64,000 nt of DNA from positions 1 to 64,000 of the IMG/VR virus record IMGVR_UViG_3300044656_000238, one strand, 5' to 3'. A program made the translations under genes and the position numbers. Below are positions 28,136-36,827 of the stretch, one piece after another. The notes under the pieces are model-generated. The model was given only the letters and a program-made list of their open reading frames with translations, did not search any database and was not told the DNA's origin. Numbering within the stretch: position 1 is the first letter of the stretch; every line of letters starts with the position of its first letter. The DNA comes from a virus. Its lineage: Duplodnaviria; Caudoviricetes.

Positions 28136-28524
28136 GCTACCCTCCACGCATCGCACGCTGGTCTCCGCTGGCAGTACACCGGCGGGCAGCGAGGGCTCCC
28201 TGCGCGCACGGCCGTCCAGCCGGCTCCGGTCAAACCGGGGGAGTCCACAGACGACGTAGGCCCCCGGTGATCAGCCGGGGGCCTACGTCGCGTCGGTCTA
28301 GTCAGGACCGGTGCGGGCTCCCTCAAGCCCGGTGTCGTCTCGCCTGCATGGAGAGCGAACTGAGGAGATGCCTCGACGGTAGGAAGCTCGGCGTCCGGGG
28401 GGCAAGCGGTGGACGCGGATCCAGAACGAAGTCGGACAGGGCTGGACGTCCAACGGTTTCCAAACGATCTTGCGGTGCCACATCCGTCAAGAGTGGACAG
28501 GATTCAGTTGACCGCTGACGCTAC

Positions 28525-28782
28525 TCACCTTCCGGTGACCCGCCGCGCCGTGTCGCAGGGGTTGGTCTCGTCGTGGCAGCGGTCGCACATCTCCAGCAGG
28601 TGGCAATGGGCGGTGGACCCGAACCAGGGATGGCCGCAGACCGCGCAGTTGCGGCTGCCGTCGAACAGAGGGCGCTTACTGCGCATCGAGCACAGTGCCG
28701 GGTCCAGCTCACCGCGTGGACGCACGTTGTCGACGATCCGCTGTTCCTCGCGGGTCGGCGGCATCCGGTGCCTCTTGGTCAC
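28525..28782 (-). CDS. Cys/His-rich hypothetical protein
   Basis: Two CxxC motifs. End of a coupled operon. Confidence 0.45.
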   Translation of the reverse strand: MTKRHRMPPTREEQRIVDNVRPRGELDPALCSMRSKRPLFDGSRNCAVCGHPWFGSTAHCHLLEMCDRCHDETNPCDTARRVTGR

Positions 28783-28884
28783 GGCTGCCACCTCTGCTCC
28801 CACGCTTCCCGCGCCTCCGGGTCGACCACCATCTCCGGCCGGTGCCGCACCGCCGACTCCGCTTCATCCTCGGAGGCGGGTGGC

Positions 28885-29400
28885 TCAGTCAACGGCCCAT
28901 TCCTTCTGGTACGCCTCGTGGGTGGCCCACTCGGACGCCAGCGCGCCGAGCACCTGGCGCTGCTTGCCGCCGACTCCGCACATGACCGGGTCGCACTCGA
29001 CGCCTTCGCGACTGCACGGGTAGGGGCCGGTGTTCTCGTCGTAGCCGCTGTACAGCAGTTGGTGCTCCCACGCCATCACGGCATCGACGAGCTGCCGTTT
29101 CGCCGCAATGCCACGGAGCACCCGGTCCGGGTCCCACTGGGCGACGTGCTTGTCCGCCCACCGACCGTTGTTGATGTAGCCGACGATCTCGCCGTAGTCC
29201 TCCTCCATACCGGCCGGCTCGCCGAAGCCACGCTCGTACGCGTGGATCTGGACGAACGTCTCGTCCCCGTCGAGGTCGTTGCGCGTACGGTCTTCGAGAG
29301 CTCTCCAGACTGGAGCCTCGTACCCGCCGGTTCTGGTGGTTTCCGTGATGTAGGCGTCTTCGTCGAGCCGGCTGCGGATGAAGTCGGCGATGTCAGTCAA
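28885..29400 (-). CDS. DUF6221-like protein
   Basis: FIRSRLDED...WDPDRVLRGIAAKR...LA..W..H..Y..EW motif. Confidence 0.75.
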   Translation of the reverse strand: MTDIADFIRSRLDEDAYITETTRTGGYEAPVWRALEDRTRNDLDGDETFVQIHAYERGFGEPAGMEEDYGEIVGYINNGRWADKHVAQWDPDRVLRGIAAKRQLVDAVMAWEHQLLYSGYDENTGPYPCSREGVECDPVMCGVGGKQRQVLGALASEWATHEAYQKEWAVD

Positions 29401-29854
29401 CGGCCCACTCCGCCCGGTAGTCGCTGTGCCCAGCGAACGGCAATGCCAGGAGTCGCAGCACCTGCTCCGCGAGCGACGCCCCAGTGTTGCGGTCCTCCCA
29501 TTCCATCGTGTCGTCGCACGCCTCCACGACCCGCAGTTTGGCGTCCACGTCGGCCAGGATTTCCCCGGCCACCTCCGGCGACCACACCGGGACCGACGCG
29601 GTGAACATGTGCCACGAATCGTCCACCACCGGCAGACCACGCTCGTCGGGCTCCCAGATGGTGGCGTACCGCTTCGTGTACTGCGGTGCGATCGTGACCC
29701 GGGCGTGCGGCTCCTGGGGGCCGTAGCCGTTGTTGTCCGTCGGCCAGACGTAGACCTCGGCTGGCCACACGGCATCCCGCATCCGCTCCGCGTTGGCGCC
29801 GATCTCCGCGTACCGGTCGCGGAGGAACTGGGCCAGGTCATTCACTGTGCTCAC
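29393..29854 (-). CDS. DUF6221-like protein
   Basis: DLAQFLRDR...LADVDAK...VLRLLALPFAGHSDYRAEW motif. Confidence 0.75.
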   Translation of the reverse strand: MSTVNDLAQFLRDRYAEIGANAERMRDAVWPAEVYVWPTDNNGYGPQEPHARVTIAPQYTKRYATIWEPDERGLPVVDDSWHMFTASVPVWSPEVAGEILADVDAKLRVVEACDDTMEWEDRNTGASLAEQVLRLLALPFAGHSDYRAEWAVD

Positions 29855-30090
29855 CTCGGCCATGGCCAGTAGCGGCGTACCCACACCATTCCGCCGGGCA
29901 TGCCCTGGTGTGGCGGCCTGAACGTCGCGCGCCAGCGCCTGCGGCACCCCGTGCAGCGCACGATCCACCCGTCGTCCGCGCGGTACTCCGGTTCGGGCAG
30001 GTCGCACTTGTGCTTCTTGCTGGCTGGCGGCTCCCGCAACACCTCGATGTTCGAGCCGGTGAGGAAATACGGCGGCTTCTCGTCGCTCAT
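29851..30090 (-). CDS. Small Zn-binding hypothetical protein
   Basis: HKCDLP...RCTGCRRRW, coupled. Confidence 0.55.
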   Translation of the reverse strand: MSDEKPPYFLTGSNIEVLREPPASKKHKCDLPEPEYRADDGWIVRCTGCRRRWRATFRPPHQGMPGGMVWVRRYWPWPR

Positions 30091-30401
30091 GACGCCTCCG
30101 TGGTGACGCCGAAGACGGTGACGTTGGGGGTGTGGTCCTGCTCGTGGTGGACGTACAGGACGGTGCCGGCAGGCCAGTCGACCGCTTCGATCTCCGTGAT
30201 GAGGTCGTGAGAGAGGTAGTTGACCCCGCCGACGAAGTAGACGGCTGTCCGGGTCTCCTTGGTGCCGGTATCCATAGCCGGTTCGCAGCGGTAGCCGTAC
30301 CGGCGCACCATGTCCTCGAACTGCGGGCAGCGGCTGACGATCTCGTCGCTGTCCCAGTCGGTTTCCTTGGTGATGAAGACGAGGTCGGCGACGAGGCTCA
30401 C
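30087..30401 (-). CDS. Hypothetical protein
   Basis: Coupled GTGA/ATGA junctions. Confidence 0.6.
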   Translation of the reverse strand: MSLVADLVFITKETDWDSDEIVSRCPQFEDMVRRYGYRCEPAMDTGTKETRTAVYFVGGVNYLSHDLITEIEAVDWPAGTVLYVHHEQDHTPNVTVFGVTTEAS

Positions 30402-30991
30402 TTGAGCGTCTCCTCCTGAGCGACCATTGGCCACATCGTGCCGCTGTTGGACACATGGCTGTAGCCGCCGTGGCCGAGTTGGAGAACGCACTGCTTAGGA
30501 ACTGAGACGTCGCACCGCTGGAATCTGTCCGGTGTCGGAGTACCGCGCTGCCCGGCCAGTTCCAGCCGGAGCACCCGGTCTTCCAGCGGTGACAGGCGCT
30601 GGCTCCGCGTGGTCACGAGCTCGACGGACAGCGCCGTGCGGGCCGCGGTCTCGGCGGCCAACTGCCCGGCCAGCTCATCCAGTCGCGATACCAGCGCCTC
30701 ACGCAGCGGAATCTCGGACTCCACTCGCTGCGCCACCGCGCTGATCCTGTCCGACAGCATCGACGCGGCGTACTCGCTGACGAGGTCCGCCGTCACCTTC
30801 TGCCCAGCCGTCGGGTGGCCGATCCGGCCGCCCCATGCCTCGGCCAGCGGGGCGAAGATTGACTGGGGCCAGCGCTGCCGTCCATCTGGCGTGACGTGGT
30901 CGCCGATGTGGTGCTCAGCGAGCCCACACTGCTGCCCGTTCAGGTTCGTCGTGCAGCGCCGGGCTGTTGTCGACTCGATGGAGTACGCCAT
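30398..30991 (-). CDS. Coiled-coil protein flanked by two C-C-H-H motifs
   Basis: RC..QCGL..HHIGDH...W at the N-terminus and RC..QCVL..GHGGYSH...W at the C-terminus. Confidence 0.6.
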   Translation of the reverse strand: MAYSIESTTARRCTTNLNGQQCGLAEHHIGDHVTPDGRQRWPQSIFAPLAEAWGGRIGHPTAGQKVTADLVSEYAASMLSDRISAVAQRVESEIPLREALVSRLDELAGQLAAETAARTALSVELVTTRSQRLSPLEDRVLRLELAGQRGTPTPDRFQRCDVSVPKQCVLQLGHGGYSHVSNSGTMWPMVAQEETLK

Positions 30992-30994
30992 CGC

Positions 30995-31432
30995 TCAGCT
31001 CCCCTCTGGGGTGATGTTGTAGGCGGCTGCACGGTCCAGCAGATCAGGGCACGGCATCGGCGCGCCGCAGCCCTCGCACCACTCCAGTACCCATATGCCA
31101 TCCTGCGTGCCGTGGGCCTGGGCGCTGCCTGGGCGGCGATGCCGCTCTACGGTCCGCCGGTCGGCTGCGCAGCGGCGCAGGGCGGTCTTGGGGTCCTGGC
31201 GGGCGATGTGGGCCATGTTCGACTGCTGCTGGTCGTAGCCACGGACGTAAGCCACCACGTCGCCAACGAGGTCGCCATGCTCCCCGTCGTGGACCGTGTA
31301 CACCTCGTCGTCGGTCGGGTCGTCACCTTCGGGCTCCCACGGGCCTGGAGTCGCTGCCTGCGCGATCCGCTCGGTCTCCTCTATCGCGGCGAGGATGCGG
31401 GCCACGAGGTCCGGTGTGGACGTGGTGGTCAC
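30995..31432 (-). CDS. DUF6221/Ead-like protein
   Basis: AQAATPGPW, HIARQDP..ALRRC.A.R and PCPDL motifs. Confidence 0.7.
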   Translation of the reverse strand: MTTTSTPDLVARILAAIEETERIAQAATPGPWEPEGDDPTDDEVYTVHDGEHGDLVGDVVAYVRGYDQQQSNMAHIARQDPKTALRRCAADRRTVERHRRPGSAQAHGTQDGIWVLEWCEGCGAPMPCPDLLDRAAAYNITPEGS

Positions 31433-31596
31433 GACAGCAACTCCTCAGACGGCCGGGGTGGCGGCGACGCCAGCGACCCGTGCGCGGCGGCGCGCCAGTA
31501 GAGCAGGCTGGCCGTGTCGAGGCTGCCCTCCTTCCAGGCGTGGTCAGCGTCCCGGATGTCAGCTTCGGCGGCGGCGTAGTGCTCCTCAGGCGTCAC
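31429..31596 (-). CDS. Small hypothetical protein
   Basis: MTPEEHYAAAE..., coupled on both sides. Confidence 0.5.
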   Translation of the reverse strand: MTPEEHYAAAEADIRDADHAWKEGSLDTASLLYWRAAAHGSLASPPPRPSEELLS

Positions 31597-31805
31597 GATC
31601 GCTCCTCTCGCGCTGGCTCTTGCCTGGTGCCGGGGGTTGGTTCACCGGTGTGCTCGTTCCATTGTTGCCCGCAGGAGCAGATGTCCCCGCCGTCCAGGCT
31701 GAGAACCTCCCCGCCGCACCCGTAGTGCCAGCGCTTCCCGGGGTACGGGTCGGTGGCGGTGGGACCGTAGTGCCAGGAGTTCGGCGACGAGGGGGAGGCG
31801 CTCAC
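31593..31805 (-). CDS. Small hypothetical protein
   Basis: H..CGGEV.......ICSCG, coupled. Confidence 0.5.
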   Translation of the reverse strand: MSASPSSPNSWHYGPTATDPYPGKRWHYGCGGEVLSLDGGDICSCGQQWNEHTGEPTPGTRQEPAREERS

Positions 31806-32092
31806 CCCGGCACCTCGTCGTAGGTGCCGGCGAAGACGTCCTCGGCGACGGGGTAGAACTCGCCTTGGACACCTCGGATGATCCACTGGCCGCTCTTCAC
31901 GCCGACCCAGGTGGAGTGCAGGCGGTCCCACACCTGCGCGACGATCTCTGGGTCGTCTGAGCGGTCCTGCTCGTCGATCAGCTCGAACATGCTCGGCGCG
32001 AAGGCCCGAATCTCGTCGTCGTTCGTGCCGTCGAACTGGATCGCCTGGATCTCGACGGGCTTCTTCCGGAACGTCTTGATGAGGGCGGTCAT
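31802..32092 (-). CDS. Widespread phage protein (KKPV...GEFYP family)
   Basis: FRKKPVEIQAIQFDG...WIIRGVQGEFYPV..DVF..TY motif. Confidence 0.75.
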   Translation of the reverse strand: MTALIKTFRKKPVEIQAIQFDGTNDDEIRAFAPSMFELIDEQDRSDDPEIVAQVWDRLHSTWVGVKSGQWIIRGVQGEFYPVAEDVFAGTYDEVPG

Positions 32093-32219
32093 GCCTTGAT
32101 GGTCGCACGCCCGTTCGGGTGAATCCTGGACCCGCGCGAGGGATGCCGTGGGTGTCGGCACATACGAGGCCACGCCGGTAGAACGACGGCACCGAGCAGT
32201 GGCGGCGGTGTACTGGGTT

Positions 32220-32573
32220 TCATGCCGCCTTGGTGACCAGGCGTACGGCGAGTTCGTGGTAGCAGCCGTAGCGGCCCTTCAGCCCGGCCGGGCAGTTGCA
32301 CTGGCGCGCGGTGCTGAGGTAGGTGGCGTCGCCGCGGCTGGAGACGACGCGGAACACGCGGGTGCCGGAGCGGCGGCGGAGCGGAACGATCGCGCCCAGC
32401 TCGATCAGCTCGGTGGCCTTGGCGACCTGGGCGGGCTTCTCGGTGCTGGTCTTCGCGGCTGCGGCGATGCGGGCCTTGCAGGTCTTTCCGACACCTTCAG
32501 CGACGGACTTGGCGCTCCGGAGCGTACGACCGCAGCGAAGACAGTTCGTGGTGGCTCTGTCGCTGGTGTCCAT
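32220..32573 (-). CDS. DUF6011-like Zn finger plus SWIM-like Zn finger protein
   Basis: CLRCGRTL...SVAEGVGKTC and CNCPAG.....CYH motifs. Confidence 0.7.
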   Translation of the reverse strand: MDTSDRATTNCLRCGRTLRSAKSVAEGVGKTCKARIAAAAKTSTEKPAQVAKATELIELGAIVPLRRRSGTRVFRVVSSRGDATYLSTARQCNCPAGLKGRYGCYHELAVRLVTKAA

Positions 32574-32615
32574 GTCGGTTGTCCTTACTGCTCAGTGCCA
32601 ATTTCAGTATAACCG

Positions 32616-32682
32616 AAACTAGCATCGCAGTGTGACGAGCGCAAGGGGTTTGCGTCGAACGGAAACCCAGTACCATCAGCGC
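32616..32682. promoter_or_regulatory. Back-to-back divergent promoters
   Basis: Leftward TTGCGC-N17-TAGTTT. Rightward TACCAT 6 nt before ATG 32683. Confidence 0.55.
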
Positions 32683-32940
32683 ATGACCACGCCCAAGCGC
32701 AAACCCGGCCGCCCCAAAACAGGGGTAGACCCAGCCCGCGGCGTACGCGTCCCCGACCCCCGGTGGGACCGGTTCGACACCGCCACCAAAGCCGCCGGCA
32801 CCGACCGCGCCAGGGTCCTCAACGACTTCATCGCCTGGTACGTCCACGAGCCCGAAGCGAAGCGCCCCAACCGGCCACCGGCAGCCACCGACACCGCCAC
32901 CACAGAGCGCCAAGAGGAACAACATGAAGCCGCCGAGTGA
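32683..32940 (+). CDS. Ribbon-helix-helix (Arc-like) regulator, leaderless
   Basis: GRPKTG...RGVRVPDPRW...A...GTDRARVLNDFIAWY motif. Confidence 0.7.
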   Translation: MTTPKRKPGRPKTGVDPARGVRVPDPRWDRFDTATKAAGTDRARVLNDFIAWYVHEPEAKRPNRPPAATDTATTERQEEQHEAAE

Positions 32941-33130
32941 GAACGAGCTAGCCGACGCGAAGGTGTACGTCCAGCGGCCCGGCGTGCCGGTGCCCGTCGA
33001 CGCCGAGTGGCATGTGCTCACCGACGGCCGAGTGCTGACCCACTACCGGGCGTCGGGCGGCTGGGAGAAGTCCATGTTCGCAGCGTCAGCGCTGGCCGCC
33101 GTCGACGGCGATTGGGTGGCGAAGGAGTGA
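32924..33130 (+). CDS. Small hypothetical protein
   Basis: GAGGA RBS, follows the RHH gene. Confidence 0.55.
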   Translation: MKPPSENELADAKVYVQRPGVPVPVDAEWHVLTDGRVLTHYRASGGWEKSMFAASALAAVDGDWVAKE

Positions 33131-33188
33131 ACGCCACGCAGATGGAAGCGCCGATGGTTCCGGTGACGCGTTCCGGGCCTGACGCACG

Positions 33189-33216
33189 CGTGGCCCCCTC
33201 GACATAGGGGGCCACG
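33189..33216. terminator. 11-bp hairpin
   Basis: CGTGGCCCCCT-N6-AGGGGGCCACG. Confidence 0.55.
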
Positions 33217-33260
33217 ACACCGTGCAGATCGTTCGCAGTGCCGACACGGTAACACCTGGG

Positions 33261-33396
33261 GTGCGGCCCCGAGGGCGCTGCGTCCGCCGCCGGCTGTGCC
33301 GGACGGTTCCGGGTGCCACTCGGGGGGCTTCGTGGCAGACGACGGTCGGAAGGGCCCCCGTGTCTCGGGCCAGGCGCTGGTCCTCGCGGGCCGCAC
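33261..33396. ncRNA. Candidate multibranched structured RNA
   Basis: A 14-bp closing stem and four to five nested helices in an intergenic gap between two hairpins. Confidence 0.35.
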
Positions 33397-33560
33397 AGGC
33401 AACGGTACCCCTGGACGTGAAAGAGGGCCCCGCCGGCCAGCAGGGCCCTCGACTGACCTTGCCCGCCACGAAAACAGGAAGGTCAACTTCTTCGCATGTC
33501 GCTACACCCATAGCCACACAGTGAACAGCGACTGGCAGCCTACAGGGCGGCACCGACAAG

Positions 33561-33956
33561 TCAGTCGCCGCACGCGCGCATCGAACCCGCGGGGTGCACC
33601 TGGGGCCGGTAAGGCACGCGCTTCGTGGGGATCCCTGCGGCCTCGGCCATCGCCGCACACCCGCTCGCGCCGGCGGAGCCGTCCCGGATGAACGCCAAGC
33701 ACTCGTCGGCACCCAGCCCGACCATGTGCTTGTTACGCATGGGGCCGCCCGCGCGCCCGTGCTGCGTCCAGTAGGGATGCCGCTCGACCTGGCCGCCGAA
33801 CCGCCGCCACACGGCCTCGGCGATCGCGTCCGCGCCTTGCCGGCACGCCCCGGTGACCAGCACGGTGTCAGGGGAGTAGCGGGCCGCGAGCGCCGACCGG
33901 ATCGTGTCCCAGTCGTTCCACGTCCGGCTACCGGTGATCAACAGACGGCGGCTCAC
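33561..33956 (-). CDS. SLOG family (DUF2493/YspA-related) protein
   Basis: LLITGSR, TGAC..GAD, AGGPMRN.HMV and A..AGIP motifs. Confidence 0.85.
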   Translation of the reverse strand: MSRRLLITGSRTWNDWDTIRSALAARYSPDTVLVTGACRQGADAIAEAVWRRFGGQVERHPYWTQHGRAGGPMRNKHMVGLGADECLAFIRDGSAGASGCAAMAEAAGIPTKRVPYRPQVHPAGSMRACGD

Positions 33957-34285
33957 TGATCCCCTCCCGCTGCGCGGCCGGCCCGGTTGCCCTCCGACCA
34001 TGCCGCCCGCCAGAGTTCCTCCAGGCGTCCGATCGGGTCGATCCAGCCCTCAAGTGTCATGTCCAGGCCGCCGTGAAGCCACTCGACCGGCGCTGGCGGG
34101 CATGTGCCGTCGCCGACGTGCACGAGCGCCCAGCCGCGGGCACGCAGTACCTCTTGGAACTCGCCGCGGGTGATCGCCTCGGCGACCGCGAGACCGACCG
34201 CCTCGGCGATCAGATCGGCCGGCCGCCCCGGGCGCTCTTCGATCTCGCGACGCCAGTGTGCCTCGCTTTGCTCTTCGGCGGCCAT
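33953..34285 (-). CDS. Hypothetical protein
   Basis: Coupled to the SLOG gene. Confidence 0.55.
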   Translation of the reverse strand: MAAEEQSEAHWRREIEERPGRPADLIAEAVGLAVAEAITRGEFQEVLRARGWALVHVGDGTCPPAPVEWLHGGLDMTLEGWIDPIGRLEELWRAAWSEGNRAGRAAGGDQ

Positions 34286-34302
34286 GGGATCCCCATCCCC
34301 GG

Positions 34303-34593
34303 TCACTCGGCGGGCGGCAGGTACTGCGGGGCGAACAGGTCCTCGATCGGCTTCGGGCCCACGTACTGCTGGCACGTGCACGGCTCGTAGTAGTAACCAT
34401 CCATCGCGCTACCCCGCTTGATCTGACCATGGTAGACACCGGTCTTCGGGTCATGCAGAGCGAGCGAGCAACCGCACCCGCAGATGGCTGCCAGGGGCGC
34501 AGAAGCGGGTGATCTGCGACGGGCGAGCCGGCCGGTCAAGAAGCCGGCGGCGAGGATGCCAGCGCCGGCGGCGAGGCTGAACGGATCGAACAT
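34303..34593 (-). CDS. Membrane-anchored Cys-rich protein
   Basis: N-terminal TM. ICGCGC...H...CTCQQYVGP motif. Confidence 0.6.
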   Translation of the reverse strand: MFDPFSLAAGAGILAAGFLTGRLARRRSPASAPLAAICGCGCSLALHDPKTGVYHGQIKRGSAMDGYYYEPCTCQQYVGPKPIEDLFAPQYLPPAE

Positions 34594-34606
34594 GGTGGTC
34601 TCCGGG

Positions 34607-35743
34607 TCAGTTGTGGCTGGCGAGGGCCAGAAGCTCCTGCTCGAACAACTCGTCGGCGATGTCGGCCGGGCTGTTGACGAGGTCGAGCACATGGTGGCCA
34701 TACCGGTCGGTGGTCGAGGCGTACAGGTGGCCGACGAAGCGGCGGATCTTGTCGTCCGGCACGCCGGCTTGGCGCAGCGCGGTGACGAGCGAGTGGCGTG
34801 CGGTGTGCGGTGTGACGGACTTCGGCTCATCGATCTCGCCGACTCCGGCGAGGCGCTGAAGGAGATCGGTGGTGTCGCCACGGTCCATGCGGCCGCCGGA
34901 CGCGGTGGCGAACAGTGGCACTGACGTGCCGCCGGCCTGCCCTCGGATGGCGACGGTCGTACCGACGCCGCGCGCGGCCAGGTAGCGGTCGAGACGGGCG
35001 CCGACCTCCATCGGGATCTTGTAGGCGTGCCGGCGGCCGCCCTTGAGCGTCACCCACAGCACGCGGACGCCACCCTGGCGTTCGATGTCGTCGGTGTTCG
35101 CGTTGATCAGCTCGGAGACGCGCATCCCGAGGCGGTAGAGCATCGCGACGAGCGCCGAGGAGCGGAGCCGGACCGCCTCGACCGGGTCGTTGTCGGCGGC
35201 ACGCTGAAGCTGGGCGACCTCCTGCTTGGACAGCGACCTGGTGGGGGAGGGGTTCTTCGGTAGCTCGACGCCGAGGTTCTTCCGCTTCACCAGCAGCAGC
35301 GGGTTGACCGTGGTGTGTCCGTCTTCGACGGCCCACCGGTAGAAGGAGGACGCGACGGTGAAGCAGTGGGCCCGGGTGGTGTGGCTGAGCAGCTCGCCGG
35401 TCTCGGGGTGTGGTGCCTCGCGGAGGTCCTCGGTCCAGTCGATGACGTCGTCGCGGGTCGCGTCGAGCAGTTGCAGGCCGCGGCCGGCACACCAGTGCAA
35501 CCACGTCACGCCGTTGCGCAGGGTGCTGGTCTCGCGCGAGTCGCCGGCGCGGTGCGGTTCCTGACCGGGGCGCTCGGCGACGTCGTTGAGGTAGCGCGGC
35601 CAGCCGATGGCGTCGGCGTAGGTGGTGCGCGTGTTGCCCATGACCGAGCGCAGCCAGCTGCCGACAAGGTCCAGGCCTGCGCGCCAGCGTTCGCCTTCGG
35701 GGGAGCGAACCGGGAGCGCCTCGGCGATCACGAGCTCGGTCAT
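34607..35743 (-). CDS. Tyrosine recombinase (Xer-like resolvase type)
   Basis: GMRVSEL (R), LKGG (K), HTARH, VGH and TTDRY (Y) catalytic motifs. Confidence 0.9.
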   Translation of the reverse strand: MTELVIAEALPVRSPEGERWRAGLDLVGSWLRSVMGNTRTTYADAIGWPRYLNDVAERPGQEPHRAGDSRETSTLRNGVTWLHWCAGRGLQLLDATRDDVIDWTEDLREAPHPETGELLSHTTRAHCFTVASSFYRWAVEDGHTTVNPLLLVKRKNLGVELPKNPSPTRSLSKQEVAQLQRAADNDPVEAVRLRSSALVAMLYRLGMRVSELINANTDDIERQGGVRVLWVTLKGGRRHAYKIPMEVGARLDRYLAARGVGTTVAIRGQAGGTSVPLFATASGGRMDRGDTTDLLQRLAGVGEIDEPKSVTPHTARHSLVTALRQAGVPDDKIRRFVGHLYASTTDRYGHHVLDLVNSPADIADELFEQELLALASHN

Positions 35744-35783
35744 CGGGGTGTCCTGTCCCGACCTCTGCGAGGTCTTCAAACTG

Positions 35784-35811
35784 TCCCCTCATAATACAGA
35801 TTATGAGGGGA
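35784..35811. promoter_or_regulatory. dif-like 11-6-11 palindromic recombination/binding site
   Basis: TCCCCTCATAA-TACAGA-TTATGAGGGGA, 40 bp upstream of the recombinase ATG. Confidence 0.7.
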
Positions 35812-35864
35812 GCCAAGGGGGTTTTGGTCTAGACCGTCCCGTTGGGACGATCCACAGCTCGGCG

Positions 35865-36227
35865 CTAGGCCGTCGCATCTACCTGGTTCACGAACGGGCC
35901 GTCCGCCGCTTCGACGATGACATCCAGCACTGGTCCTTGAGACGGCTGAAGCTGGCCGAGTGGCCACGCCGCAGAGCCGTAGGACGAGTACGACCAGGCG
36001 CGTCCGATCACGCGGTAGGTGCCTCCGGTTTTGGTGCTCCGGTCGAACAGGTGGACCAAGTCCCCAGCCGCCGGCGGGACTGGCGTGACGAGCCAGTGGC
36101 CGTACGCGGCAAGGTCGACGGCGTCGTATCGGTAGGTGGGTGCGTCGGTGACCTGGGTGCGGATGTAGAAGGCGCAGCGTGGGGCCGCAGCCCATAGCGC
36201 CGCAGTGCCCTGCTGGTGGTCGATCAC
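35865..36227 (-). CDS. Hypothetical protein
   Basis: P..GDLV...YRV..RAW motif, high GC3. Confidence 0.55.
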   Translation of the reverse strand: MIDHQQGTAALWAAAPRCAFYIRTQVTDAPTYRYDAVDLAAYGHWLVTPVPPAAGDLVHLFDRSTKTGGTYRVIGRAWSYSSYGSAAWPLGQLQPSQGPVLDVIVEAADGPFVNQVDATA

Positions 36228-36380
36228 CGGCCTGTCCTATCTATCCTGTCGACGGGCGGCTGGTCAGCCAGGCACCGTGGATCGCTTGACCGGCGGCGGG
36301 CGATACCCCACGGGACCTGGCCCCTGAGGGGAAGCGCGGGTAGCCGTCCGCCGCCGGCCATTAAGCCAGCACGCCGAGCC

Positions 36381-36827
36381 CTAGCAGCCGTCACTCGCGA
36401 GCCACACCTGGCCAGCGTGACACTCGCAGACGCAGCCCAAGGCACCTGGGAGGCGGTGCTGCCACGCCCACATGTTGCCGAACCAGACGTAGCGTGGTTC
36501 CCAGCATCGAACGCACCCATGCTCGTCGGCAGGGACCTCTGCGCCCACCGTGCCATACGGGCGTGCCCGGCACGGTTCACACAACAGGGTGCCCGGGCAC
36601 ACGCCGATCGTTCCGCACGCCATGCACGGCGTGCTGGCCGCCGCTTCGCCGGCTGCTCTGCTCTCGGCGCTGGCCGCTGCGCGGCGGGCAAGCATCCGGT
36701 CCTTGCGCTGCGCGTCAGTCGGCGCCACCCAGCCATGCCAGCCCACCGGCGGTTTCCACTGGCGGTAGTGGTCTCTCTCGGGTAGCCCGCACCAGCGGCA
36801 GCCGTTCGGGGTGATCAGGGTGGTCAC
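36381..36827 (-). CDS. Multi-Zn-finger hypothetical protein
   Basis: PNGCRWCG...H...W...GWH plus three further CxxC motifs. Confidence 0.6.
   Translation of the reverse strand: MTTLITPNGCRWCGLPERDHYRQWKPPVGWHGWVAPTDAQRKDRMLARRAAASAESRAAGEAAASTPCMACGTIGVCPGTLLCEPCRARPYGTVGAEVPADEHGCVRCWEPRYVWFGNMWAWQHRLPGALGCVCECHAGQVWLASDGC

Noticed and set aside
28140-28520. Short ORFs in the gap after the vWA gene
   Set aside because: No RBS, atypical codon usage, and no convincing protein or RNA structure.
31802-32092. Possible anti-CBASS/Thoeris sponge protein
   Set aside because: It is a small widespread phage family, but I could not match it to Tad1, Tad2 or Acb2 motifs, so it is left as hypothetical.
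34607-35743. Recombinase as the prophage integrase or an integron integrase
   Set aside because: Phage genes continue on both sides, and I saw no att/tRNA boundary and no repeated attC-like sites between the small genes.
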